A DNA stretch of 64,000 nucleotides, taken from positions 450,049 through 514,048 of the forward strand of contig JAEPNB010000001.1 in the NCBI GenBank assembly GCA_017643645.1, read 5' to 3'. The DNA comes from Balneola sp. Its GTDB lineage: Bacteria > Bacteroidota > Rhodothermia > Balneolales > Balneolaceae. Position numbers and translations under genes: made by a program. The notes under the pieces were generated by a model that did no database searches, was not told the origin of the DNA, and was given only the letters and a program-made list of their open reading frames with translations. Below, one piece after another: positions 37,883 through 45,526 of the stretch (within the stretch, counting starts at the first letter, position 1; every line of letters starts with the position of its first letter).

Positions 37883-38392
37883 ATGTCAACTCAAACCCTA
37901 CATACCGAAGAGCAAATTTGGGATTATATCCGCGAGGTAACAGATCCGGAGATTCCTGTTCTCAATATTATCGAAATGGGTATCGCGCGTAGTGTTGATA
38001 TAGATCGTTCAGGAAAAGTGACCGTAAAAATCACTCCGACTTATTCCGGTTGTCCGGCTATGAATGCCATCGAAAAAATGGTGAAAGAAAAACTGGAAGA
38101 AAAAGACATCGAAGATTTTGAAGTAAAACTGGATTTTTCTGAAGCCTGGACTACTGACTGGATGACGGATGAAGCCAAAGTTAAGCTTAAAGACTATGGT
38201 ATTGCTCCTCCTGAAAAATCTGTGACCGATGATGACTTTTTAAAGAGCTTGTCAGGAACTAAGATTGTCCCCTGCCCTTTTTGCGATTCTTTTGAGACTG
38301 AACTTCAAAGTCAGTTTGGTTCCACGGCTTGTAAATCACAATATTTTTGTAATTCTTGTCATCAACCCTTTGAACATTTTAAATGCATATGA
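37883..38392 (+). CDS. paaD: Phenylacetate-CoA oxygenase subunit PaaD (DUF59/SUF-like plus C-terminal Cys-rich ribbon)
   Basis: 169 aa. DPEIPVLNIIEMGI, TPTYSGCPAM, and the C-terminal CPFC...CNSC motif. Confidence 0.85.
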   Translation: MSTQTLHTEEQIWDYIREVTDPEIPVLNIIEMGIARSVDIDRSGKVTVKITPTYSGCPAMNAIEKMVKEKLEEKDIEDFEVKLDFSEAWTTDWMTDEAKVKLKDYGIAPPEKSVTDDDFLKSLSGTKIVPCPFCDSFETELQSQFGSTACKSQYFCNSCHQPFEHFKCI

Positions 38393-38745
38393 AACGTAAA
38401 TTTTTCATCCTGACTTTATTTCTTTGTTTAATATCTCTTTCAGCAACTGCTCAGGTTCTTGAAAAAGAGAATAATCATACTGAAGATGCAACGATCTCAT
38501 TTAATTTTATTCCTGACTATAATCATCAGTTTCAGCAGATAAAGCCTCTTCAAGTTAAATCGAATAAACTTTTAATTGGAACCGGCTTTTTACTTCAAGG
38601 ATTAAAATTCAGCTCACCTATCGATCAGTTTAACGCCGTTGTTCCATTCGATTTCAGAGCTTATGAGCCGCTGAATTTCAGTTCTTTTTCAAAGACTATT
38701 CAAACAAATTATCTACTTCAAAATTCTATACAGCCTATAAAATGA
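38383..38745 (+). CDS. Hypothetical small secreted protein inside the paa cluster
   Basis: 120 aa with the signal peptide MKRKFFILTLFLCLISLSATAQ. It overlaps the paaD end by 10 nt and the paaG start by 4 nt. Confidence 0.5.
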   Translation: MHMKRKFFILTLFLCLISLSATAQVLEKENNHTEDATISFNFIPDYNHQFQQIKPLQVKSNKLLIGTGFLLQGLKFSSPIDQFNAVVPFDFRAYEPLNFSSFSKTIQTNYLLQNSIQPIK

Positions 38746-39533
38746 GTCTACAGTTTATTGAAACCAATTTAGAAGAAGGCGTTTTAACCATAACATTAAA
38801 TCGCCCTGATGTATTAAACAGTTTCAACTACGGAATGGCTGAAGAAGTACAGGATGCTTTTAAGGAAGCGGAATCAAATGACGCAATCCGTTGTGTTTTA
38901 CTCACTGCAAACGGCAAAGGATTTTGCGCTGGTCAGGATCTGAAAGAAGTAACCGAAATTGCTAAAGATCCGGATCGCGAGCTTGGTGAAGTTGTTCATC
39001 ATACTTATAACCCGATCATCAGAGCCATTCGGAATTTAGAAAAACCTGTTATTTGTGCCGTTAACGGGACTGCTGCCGGAGCGGGAGCTAATATTGCAAT
39101 AGCTTGTGATATGGTTTTTGCTGCTGAAGAAGCCAAGTTTATTCAATCATTTTCAAATATTGGATTAATTCCTGATAGTGGTGGAACGTACATTCTTCCC
39201 AGACTAATTGGACTTGCCAGAGCGACTGAACTCACTTTTACCGGTCGACCTGTTAAAGCACCTGAAGCGGTTGAAATGGGAATGATCTACAAGTCAGTTC
39301 CTGCCGATGAATTACTGAATGAAGCGATGGGTCTATGCAAGAAATTCGCAAAAATGCCTACTCGTGGCTACGGACTTACCAAAAAAGGATTTAATGAAGG
39401 GTTTAATAATGACCTGGAAACCCAGTTGAAACTGGAAGCTGACCTGCAAGCGGAAGCAGGCAGCACGGAAGATTATCATGAAGGAGTTGCTGCTTTTCTT
39501 GAGAAGAGAAAACCTGAGTTTAAGGGGAAGTGA
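38742..39533 (+). CDS. paaG: 1,2-epoxyphenylacetyl-CoA isomerase (crotonase family)
   Basis: 263 aa, colinear with E. coli PaaG as I recall it. Shared stretches are GVLTITLNRPDVLNSFN, IRCVLLT..GKGFCAGQDL, KPVICAVNG.AAGAGA and the C-terminus DY.EGVAAFLEKRKPEFKGK. Confidence 0.85.
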   Translation: MSLQFIETNLEEGVLTITLNRPDVLNSFNYGMAEEVQDAFKEAESNDAIRCVLLTANGKGFCAGQDLKEVTEIAKDPDRELGEVVHHTYNPIIRAIRNLEKPVICAVNGTAAGAGANIAIACDMVFAAEEAKFIQSFSNIGLIPDSGGTYILPRLIGLARATELTFTGRPVKAPEAVEMGMIYKSVPADELLNEAMGLCKKFAKMPTRGYGLTKKGFNEGFNNDLETQLKLEADLQAEAGSTEDYHEGVAAFLEKRKPEFKGK

Positions 39534-39552
39534 ATTTCAAATCCTACAACTT

Positions 39553-39972
39553 TTATAACTCATTTATTGATGTAACAAACTCTTTATAAGCTGTCTTTTT
39601 TATTCCATTAGACATTCGAATATCAGCTGTAAATAAATTTCCTTCATAATTGACAGCTACTGCAAGATAACAAGCATCATATAAAGTAATTGAGAACCGA
39701 GTAGATATAAAAAATGCTTCCGTCTTAATTTCGTCGAATGCTACTGTAACAAAATTCATACTCTCCAGAATTTGAATAATACTCTCAGCCTCTTTTATAG
39801 AAAGTTCTCTCTTCCTTACTTTTTTTGAGATAATGTTACTCGTTTCTATCCAAAAAAGATCCGGTACTACAAAATGATTTTTTTCAGATAAAAAGCTTCT
39901 GGCAATTTCACTGTATTCTTCAGGAAAGAACCACTTTAAAGCAACTGAAACATCAATAACCGGGACTTTCAT
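39553..39972 (-). CDS. vapC: PIN-domain ribonuclease toxin (VapC-like)
   Basis: 139 aa. Conserved acidic positions fit PIN (VIDVSV.., IETSN, LYDACY, TADIR). There is a 4-nt overlap with the upstream antitoxin gene. Confidence 0.8.
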   Translation of the reverse strand: MKVPVIDVSVALKWFFPEEYSEIARSFLSEKNHFVVPDLFWIETSNIISKKVRKRELSIKEAESIIQILESMNFVTVAFDEIKTEAFFISTRFSITLYDACYLAVAVNYEGNLFTADIRMSNGIKKTAYKEFVTSINEL

Positions 39973-40205
39973 CGATCCCTATCTTCACGAATATCTTTTA
40001 CGCTATCTGAAAATACCCGACCCTCAGCTTTGAATTTCTCATATATTTCCCGAACCATATCCTTAGCTTCATCCATATTCATAGATGCTTCATTTTCAAG
40101 CAATATTTTTAGCTCTGCTTGTAGGGAGCGATTATTCTTTTCTGCTCTTTTTTTGAGCTTATTCAGTGTTTTCTCATCGATATTTCTGATTAGTACATCA
40201 GGCAT
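39969..40205 (-). CDS. vapB: Ribbon-helix-helix antitoxin (VapB/FitA-like)
   Basis: 78 aa. The N-terminal RHH pattern is MPDVLIRNIDEKTLNKLKKRAEKNNRSLQAELKILLE. It is coupled to the PIN gene. Confidence 0.78.
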   Translation of the reverse strand: MPDVLIRNIDEKTLNKLKKRAEKNNRSLQAELKILLENEASMNMDEAKDMVREIYEKFKAEGRVFSDSVKDIREDRDR

Positions 40206-40222
40206 AACAACTGTGTTTGTTA

Positions 40223-40234
40223 TATGATATCATA
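40223..40234. promoter_or_regulatory. Candidate VapB operator: perfect 12-nt palindrome TATGATATCATA
   Basis: Read directly, 18 nt upstream of the vapB start codon in the vapB/paaH divergent spacer. Confidence 0.4.
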
Positions 40235-40333
40235 ATGATAGCAAATTGTAGTGATGTTTACAATGCTATACTCAAATTCCCCTTAAGATTTGTTATCTTG
40301 AATTCGACTTTAATGTAAAAGAACTTATTGGGA

Positions 40334-41494
40334 ATGATAAATACAGATTCTGTAGTAGGAATTATTGGCGCAGGAACTATGGGCGCCGGAATCGCACAAA
40401 TAGCATCCACAAATGGTCATGAAGTTTATCTGTACGATGCTTACGCCGAACAGCTTCCAAAAGCTAAATCAGGCTTAGAAAAGATCCTGAACCGTCAGGT
40501 TGAAAAAGGGAGAATGTCACAAGATAAAGTAGATGGCATTCTTTCCCGAATTCATTTTGTAGAAGACATTACAGAATTTGGCAAGTGTGGTTTTGTGATT
40601 GAAGCTATCGTCGAAAATATTGATATCAAAAAAGATGCTTTTCAAAGATTGGAAGGAATTGTTTCTAAAGATTGTATTCTTGCTTCCAATACCTCTTCCC
40701 TTTCCATTGCTTCGATCTCTTCGGCATTAAAAAAACCTGAACGGTTCTTGGGAGTTCATTTTTTCAATCCTGCACCGCTGATGAAGTTGGTGGAGATCAT
40801 CCCAAGTGTAGCCACTGATTCTGATCTGGCACAATCAACCAAAGAGTTTATTTCCGGCTGGGGAAAGATCACTGTACTGGCAAAAGATACTCCCGGATTT
40901 ATCGTGAATCGTGTGGCTCGACCTTTTTATTCTGAAGCACTAAGGATTTTAGAAGAAGGCGTCGCTGATGTTCCAACCATTGATTGGGCAATGAAAGAGA
41001 TCGGTGGATTCAGAATGGGGCCTTTTGAGCTAATGGATCTTATCGGTCATGATGTGAATTATGAAGTGACATCAAGCGTATTCAAAGAGTTTTACTACGA
41101 CCCAAGATTCAAACCTTCATTCACTCAAAAACGATTGGTAGAAGCGGGATGGTTAGGCAGAAAATCGGGTAAAGGATTTTATAATTACGGAGAGGATGCT
41201 AAAAATCCTGATCCAAATACTGACAAAGAATTAGGCGAAGAAATCCTACACAGAATACTCGTAATGCTGATCAACGAAGCTTTCGATGCCGTATTTATGA
41301 ATATCGGTTCAGCGGAGGATGTTGACCTTGCAATGCAAAATGGAGTGAATTATCCGAAAGGATTACTTGCATGGGCGGAAGAAATAGGATTAGAAAAAGT
41401 CTTAGGCCGAATGAACGCGCTTTATGAGGAATATCAGGAAGATCGATATCGACCAAATCCGCTTTTGAAAAGAACGGTAAGGGGGAAGAAGTAG
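40334..41494 (+). CDS. paaH: 3-hydroxyacyl-CoA (3-hydroxyadipyl-CoA) dehydrogenase
   Basis: Rossmann motif VGIIGAGTMGAGIAQ plus NTSSLSI and HFFNPAP motifs. I prefer the ATG at 40334 to the TTG at 40328. Confidence 0.85.
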   Translation: MINTDSVVGIIGAGTMGAGIAQIASTNGHEVYLYDAYAEQLPKAKSGLEKILNRQVEKGRMSQDKVDGILSRIHFVEDITEFGKCGFVIEAIVENIDIKKDAFQRLEGIVSKDCILASNTSSLSIASISSALKKPERFLGVHFFNPAPLMKLVEIIPSVATDSDLAQSTKEFISGWGKITVLAKDTPGFIVNRVARPFYSEALRILEEGVADVPTIDWAMKEIGGFRMGPFELMDLIGHDVNYEVTSSVFKEFYYDPRFKPSFTQKRLVEAGWLGRKSGKGFYNYGEDAKNPDPNTDKELGEEILHRILVMLINEAFDAVFMNIGSAEDVDLAMQNGVNYPKGLLAWAEEIGLEKVLGRMNALYEEYQEDRYRPNPLLKRTVRGKK

Positions 41495-41495
41495 A

Positions 41496-41571
41496 CAGTA
41501 ATCAGAATTCAGGAGTTCAGGAGTTCAGAATATGAGTAGAACTCTGCTGAATTCTGAACTCCTGATTACTG
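41496..41571. repeat. Empty word-hairpin, class 3 (CAGTAATCAG..GAGTTCAGAAT / ATTCTGAACTCCTGATTACTG), paaH|paaI spacer
   Basis: 41496-41505 pairs with 41562-41571, and 41521-41531 pairs with 41551-41561. The left arm carries an extra tandem GGAGTTCA word as a bulge. Confidence 0.7.
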
Positions 41572-41587
41572 ACAACTAAATTGAGAC

Positions 41588-41995
41588 ATGAGCAAAGACT
41601 ATAAAAACATAATTCAATCCATGATGGAAAAAGATGCCTTTTCCAAGTGGATGGGAATTGAGATATTGGAATCAGAACCGGGATATGTGAAATTATCCAT
41701 GAAAGTCCGCCAAGAAATGTGCAATGGGTTTGGGATTTGTCATGGCGGAATTACGTTCTCTTTAGCTGACAGTGCTTTAGCTTTTGCATCAAACTCCAGA
41801 GGATCTGTATCTGTCGCTCTGGAAAATAATATCAACTACACTAAAAAGGTAGAAGTAGGTGATACACTAATTGCCGAAACAGAAGAAATTCAAAACGGAA
41901 GAACCATCGGTGTGTATAAGATCAGGGTTTTGAATCAGAATGATGATCTAGTGGCCGATTTTAGGGGAACGGTTTATAGAACTGGGAAGCATTAG
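41588..41995 (+). CDS. paaI: Hydroxyphenylacetyl-CoA thioesterase (hotdog fold)
   Basis: 135 aa. FSKWMGIEILE...G, N..G.CHGG..FSLADSA. Context supports the call. Confidence 0.85.
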   Translation: MSKDYKNIIQSMMEKDAFSKWMGIEILESEPGYVKLSMKVRQEMCNGFGICHGGITFSLADSALAFASNSRGSVSVALENNINYTKKVEVGDTLIAETEEIQNGRTIGVYKIRVLNQNDDLVADFRGTVYRTGKH

Positions 41996-41999
41996 ATTT

Positions 42000-42431
42000 T
42001 AGTATTGAGTAGTTAGATTTTTAGTATCGATAGTAGGAGTATTTTTATGCATCAATTTAAAGAATTAAAGGTTTGGCAGAAATCTGTAGAATTAGCTACT
42101 GAAGTTTATAATTCTACCAAAAATTTTCCATCTGAAGAAAAGTTTGGGATAACTTCTCAAATTAGAAGAAGCGTTGTTTCTATAGGCTCAAATATTGCTG
42201 AAGGTGCTGGAAGAAAATCAAAAAAAGAGTTCAAACTGTTTCTCAATTATGCATATGGATCATGTTCTGAACTCGAAACTCAACTTATTATCTCAAAAAA
42301 TTTAGGATTTGTAAATCCAGACTCATTGCCTGTTTTATCTGAATCAATTAATGAAATTCAAAAAATGATCTACTCTCTGTCTAACAGTTTGAACTAGGTG
42401 ATGAAAACTAATTTCTAAATACTCAATACTA
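42000..42431 (+). other. Inverted-repeat-bounded cassette, class 2 arms, carrying a four-helix-bundle gene
   Basis: TAGTATTGAGTA (42000-42011) and TACTCAATACTA (42420-42431) form a perfect 12-nt inverted repeat. The left flank TTTAGTATTGAGTAGTTAGATTTTTAG matches the empty hairpin left arm at 37807-37832 in ~23 of 26 nt. Confidence 0.65.
42047..42397 (+). CDS. Four-helix-bundle protein (23S rRNA intervening-sequence protein / Avd-like family)
   Basis: 116 aa. FKELKVWQKS.EL..EVY..T..FP.EEKFGITSQIRRS.VSIGSNIAEG.GR.S.KEF..FL..A.GS..ELETQL is the family signature as I know it (PF05635/TIGR02436). AGGAG lies 9 nt upstream. Confidence 0.85.
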   Translation: MHQFKELKVWQKSVELATEVYNSTKNFPSEEKFGITSQIRRSVVSIGSNIAEGAGRKSKKEFKLFLNYAYGSCSELETQLIISKNLGFVNPDSLPVLSESINEIQKMIYSLSNSLN

Positions 42432-42438
42432 CCATCTC

Positions 42439-43656
42439 ATGTCTAAAAGCGAAGCGTACATAATCGACGGAATCAGAACTCCAATTGGAAAATTGAAAGG
42501 ATCTCTTTCTTCTATCAGGGCGGATGATCTTGCAGCAATCCCTATTAAAGAACTTTTGAAAAGAAATCCGGAATTAGATCCTGCTTCAGTCGAAGATGTG
42601 ATCTTGGGTTGTGCGAATCAGGCCGGGGAAGATAACAGAAATGTTGCTCGGATGGCTGCTTTACTTGCAGGACTTCCGGTATCAGTTCCAGGCGAAACCG
42701 TGAATCGTTTATGCGCATCAGGAATGAGTGCCACAATTCGTGCTTTTCATGCAATAAAAGCCGGTGAAGGCGATGTCTTTATCACCGGAGGTGTAGAACA
42801 TATGACTCGTGGTCCTATTGTCCTCGGAAAAGGAAGTTCTCCATATTCAGGAACTACTGAAATGCATGATTCAACTTTCGGATGGAGATTTGTAAATCCA
42901 AAAATGCATGAGATGCATGGAACAGACGGCATGGGAATGACTGCTGAAAATGTAGTTGAAATTCATAAGATATCTCGGGAAGATCAGGACAAATTTGCGG
43001 CATGGAGTCAACAAAAAGCCGGTGCAGCAAGAGATTCAGAACGATTGGCCAAGGAAATTGTGAAAGTCGAAATCCCGCAAAGAAAAGGCGATCCAATCGT
43101 TTTTGAACATGATGAATTTATGCGTCCGGACTCAACTGCTGAAATTCTTGGAAAACTCAGACCTGCTTTCAGAAAAGATGGTTCAGTAACTGCCGGTAAT
43201 GCATCGGGCTTGAATGACGGAGCCGGAGCTTTATTGATAGCTTCTTCTGATGCTGTTGAGAAATACGGTTTTAAACCGAAAGCCAGAATTGTTGCTTCAG
43301 CAGTTTCCGGAATAGAGCCTAGAATTATGGGACTTGGCCCTGTGGAAGCAACTCAGAAAGCTTTGAAACGCGCCGGGCTTTCTTTAGACGATATGGACAT
43401 CATTGAGCTGAATGAAGCTTTCGCCGGACAATCTCTTGGAGTTACCAGAAAGCTGGGGCTAAAAGACAATGATTCGAGACTAAATCCGAATGGTGGTGCA
43501 ATTGCAATCGGACATCCATTAGGAATGACCGGACAAAGATTACTTCAAACTGCTACCATCGAACTACATGAAAACTCAGATAGAAAATACGCACTTTGTA
43601 CTTTATGTGTAGGAGTCGGGCAGGGATTTGCTGTTGTTTTGGAGAAGGTAAGTTAA
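42439..43656 (+). CDS. paaJ: 3-oxoadipyl-CoA/acetyl-CoA C-acyltransferase (thiolase)
   Basis: 405 aa. Active-site regions are NRLCASGM, NEAFA, NPNGGAIAIGHPLG and CVGVGQG. Confidence 0.9.
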   Translation: MSKSEAYIIDGIRTPIGKLKGSLSSIRADDLAAIPIKELLKRNPELDPASVEDVILGCANQAGEDNRNVARMAALLAGLPVSVPGETVNRLCASGMSATIRAFHAIKAGEGDVFITGGVEHMTRGPIVLGKGSSPYSGTTEMHDSTFGWRFVNPKMHEMHGTDGMGMTAENVVEIHKISREDQDKFAAWSQQKAGAARDSERLAKEIVKVEIPQRKGDPIVFEHDEFMRPDSTAEILGKLRPAFRKDGSVTAGNASGLNDGAGALLIASSDAVEKYGFKPKARIVASAVSGIEPRIMGLGPVEATQKALKRAGLSLDDMDIIELNEAFAGQSLGVTRKLGLKDNDSRLNPNGGAIAIGHPLGMTGQRLLQTATIELHENSDRKYALCTLCVGVGQGFAVVLEKVS

Positions 43657-44127
43657 TAGTTATTGGTTATGAGTGATAAGAAAGAAATAGTAAGAACTTT
43701 TGAAGACTTAAAAGTTTGGCAGATTGCTCATAAAATTAGTATTGACATCTTTGAACTAACAAATAGATTTCCTCCTGATGAAAAGTACCTCTTGAAAGAT
43801 CAAATGATCAGATCTTCTAGATCTATTTCAGATAATATAGCAGAAGGATATGGTCGTTTCCACTATCAGGAAAATACTCAATACTGTAGACAAAGCAGAG
43901 GTTCAGCCTACGAGTTAATCAATCAGCTTATCACTGCGTTCGATTGTAAATACATTAACGAAGAAGAATTGAGTAACAAAAAGTTATTGGTTTCTGAATG
44001 TGTTAAACTTTTAAATGGATACATTAGATATCTTCAAAAAGCCAAAAATGATAATACTATCAGAGAAGATGAAATATTCTACAATCCGAAAGTTGATAAA
44101 GAAACCGAATAACCAATAACAATTAAC
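43652..44127 (+). other. Inverted-repeat-bounded cassette, class 1 arms, carrying a four-helix-bundle gene
   Basis: GTTAATAGTTATTGGTTAT (43652-43670) against ATAACCAATAACAATTAAC (44109-44127) gives 18 of 19 complementary. The left arm contains the paaJ stop (43654-43656) and the first 2 nt of the cassette ATG (43669-43671). The right arm contains the cassette stop (44110-44112). Confidence 0.75.
43669..44112 (+). CDS. Four-helix-bundle protein (23S rRNA IVS protein / Avd-like family), long form
   Basis: FEDLKVWQIAHK....IF.LT..FP.DEKY.L.DQM.RSSRSISDNIAEGYGR....E...Y...S.GS..EL. I prefer the ATG at 43669 to the TTG at 43663. Confidence 0.85.
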   Translation: MSDKKEIVRTFEDLKVWQIAHKISIDIFELTNRFPPDEKYLLKDQMIRSSRSISDNIAEGYGRFHYQENTQYCRQSRGSAYELINQLITAFDCKYINEEELSNKKLLVSECVKLLNGYIRYLQKAKNDNTIREDEIFYNPKVDKETE

Positions 44128-44143
44128 CACCAATCTGAGCCAA

Positions 44144-44743
44144 ATGGCGATCTACTCATACAAAGGATATAAACCTGTAATTCACGAAAGTGCCTACATC
44201 CATCCGCTTGCGGCTGTGACCGGAAATGTAATTATTGGCAAAGACGTGTATATCGGACCGGGAGCTGCTATTCGGGGTGATTGGGGAAAGATCGTAATTA
44301 AGGATGGCTGTAATGTTCAAGAAAACTGTACCATTCATATGTTTCCGGGAGTTACGGTTACTCTGGAAGAAGGAGCACATGTTGGACATGGAGCTATTAT
44401 TCACGGTTCGCATCTTGGTAAGAACTGTTTGATCGGAATGAATGCTGTAATCATGGATAATGTGAAAATTGGTTCCGGCTGTATTATAGGTGCTTTAACA
44501 TTTATCAAAGAAGGAATGGAAATTCCGGATCGTAAAGTGGTAGTTGGGAATCCTGCTAAAATCGTAAAAGATGTTTCGGATGAAATGCTGAACTGGAAAA
44601 CAGAAGGCACCGGTTGGTATCAAAGACTGCCTAATGAACTTCATGAAACTTTGAAAGAGTGTGAACCGTTGAGAGAAACACCTGAAGATAGAAAAGATCA
44701 GTACTCTGACTATGAGACTTGGGGCAAATCGAAGGATAGTTAA
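44144..44743 (+). CDS. paaY: PaaY-like hexapeptide-repeat protein (gamma-carbonic-anhydrase-like thioesterase/acyltransferase)
   Basis: 199 aa. The left-handed beta-helix repeats begin IYSYKGYKPVIHESAYIHPLAAVTGNVIIGKDVYIGPGAAIRGD. Context supports the call. Confidence 0.82.
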   Translation: MAIYSYKGYKPVIHESAYIHPLAAVTGNVIIGKDVYIGPGAAIRGDWGKIVIKDGCNVQENCTIHMFPGVTVTLEEGAHVGHGAIIHGSHLGKNCLIGMNAVIMDNVKIGSGCIIGALTFIKEGMEIPDRKVVVGNPAKIVKDVSDEMLNWKTEGTGWYQRLPNELHETLKECEPLRETPEDRKDQYSDYETWGKSKDS

Positions 44744-44827
44744 TAGTGATTAGTTATTTGGAGAGTCTTTGCTTTACGTTATTTTCTACTCTGCCCATAA
44801 AACCATCTATAACTAATCATTATTAAC
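44739..44827. repeat. Class 1 word-hairpin with 51-nt loop, after paaY
   Basis: GTTAATAGTGATTAGTTAT (44739-44757) against ATAACTAATCATTATTAAC (44809-44827) gives 18 of 19 complementary. The left arm contains the paaY stop TAA (44741-44743). Confidence 0.75.
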
Positions 44828-44834
44828 CAATTAC

Positions 44835-45278
44835 ATGGGATTTTTTAAGAACGATAAAAAAGGAAAGCCACCTCATACTTGGTATCCGGAAATATTACAC
44901 TGGCGAGAAGGTGATAAGATCTTTTGCTGGAATATTGCAAAAGCATTGGGTTATTTGAATGCTAAATCCAAGGATTTGTACAAGTATATGTCTGCTACTG
45001 AACAAATGAGTGGTGGTTTTGGCAAAGCTAATTTTTTCTATAAATCAGTTGATGAAACCGGCAATATCTATCTGGAATATGAAGGTGAAACAGTACAATT
45101 TGAGTTTTGGAGATTTATTAAATCGTCTGAAAATGAAAGCTTAAAGTCTCGAAATTTGCAAGACGATTTAAAAAACTCTAAGAAATACATGGAATTGATG
45201 TCTACCTTTCAGCATGCATTTGATGAATTACAGGAAGCGGATGATCACCCAAAAAGACTCGGCCAAAAAAACTCATAA
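44835..45278 (+). CDS. Hypothetical protein (orphan inside the paa cluster)
   Basis: 147-aa ORF with no recognised motifs. It starts 8 nt after the class 1 hairpin. Confidence 0.5.
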   Translation: MGFFKNDKKGKPPHTWYPEILHWREGDKIFCWNIAKALGYLNAKSKDLYKYMSATEQMSGGFGKANFFYKSVDETGNIYLEYEGETVQFEFWRFIKSSENESLKSRNLQDDLKNSKKYMELMSTFQHAFDELQEADDHPKRLGQKNS

Positions 45279-45314
45279 CTGGTTACTCGTTTCTTTTAAC
45301 TTAGAAATATAATC

Positions 45315-45521
45315 ATGAGCTACCGTAATTCAGAGATCTGGCAACTTGCAAAGGAGCAATCAAATAAAATTCATTTTATGAGTTTAAAACTTCCAAAATT
45401 TGAGCTATATGAAACTCAATCATTAAAGAGCAAAGAACTTTATCTTGAACTGATAGAATTAAATGATAAACTTGGGAAAAAATTGAACCTCTTCATCCAA
45501 TCGGTAGAAAGAACACAATAA
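45315..45521 (+). pseudogene. Internally deleted four-helix-bundle gene remnant
   Basis: The 68-aa ORF keeps helix 1 (YRNSEIWQLAKEQSNKIHFMSLKLPKFELYE) and a C-terminal helix (KELYLELIELNDKLGKKLNLFIQSVE). It lacks the central ...Q.RR...SI..NIAEG... core found in the three intact copies. Confidence 0.5.
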
Positions 45522-45526
45522 TAATT

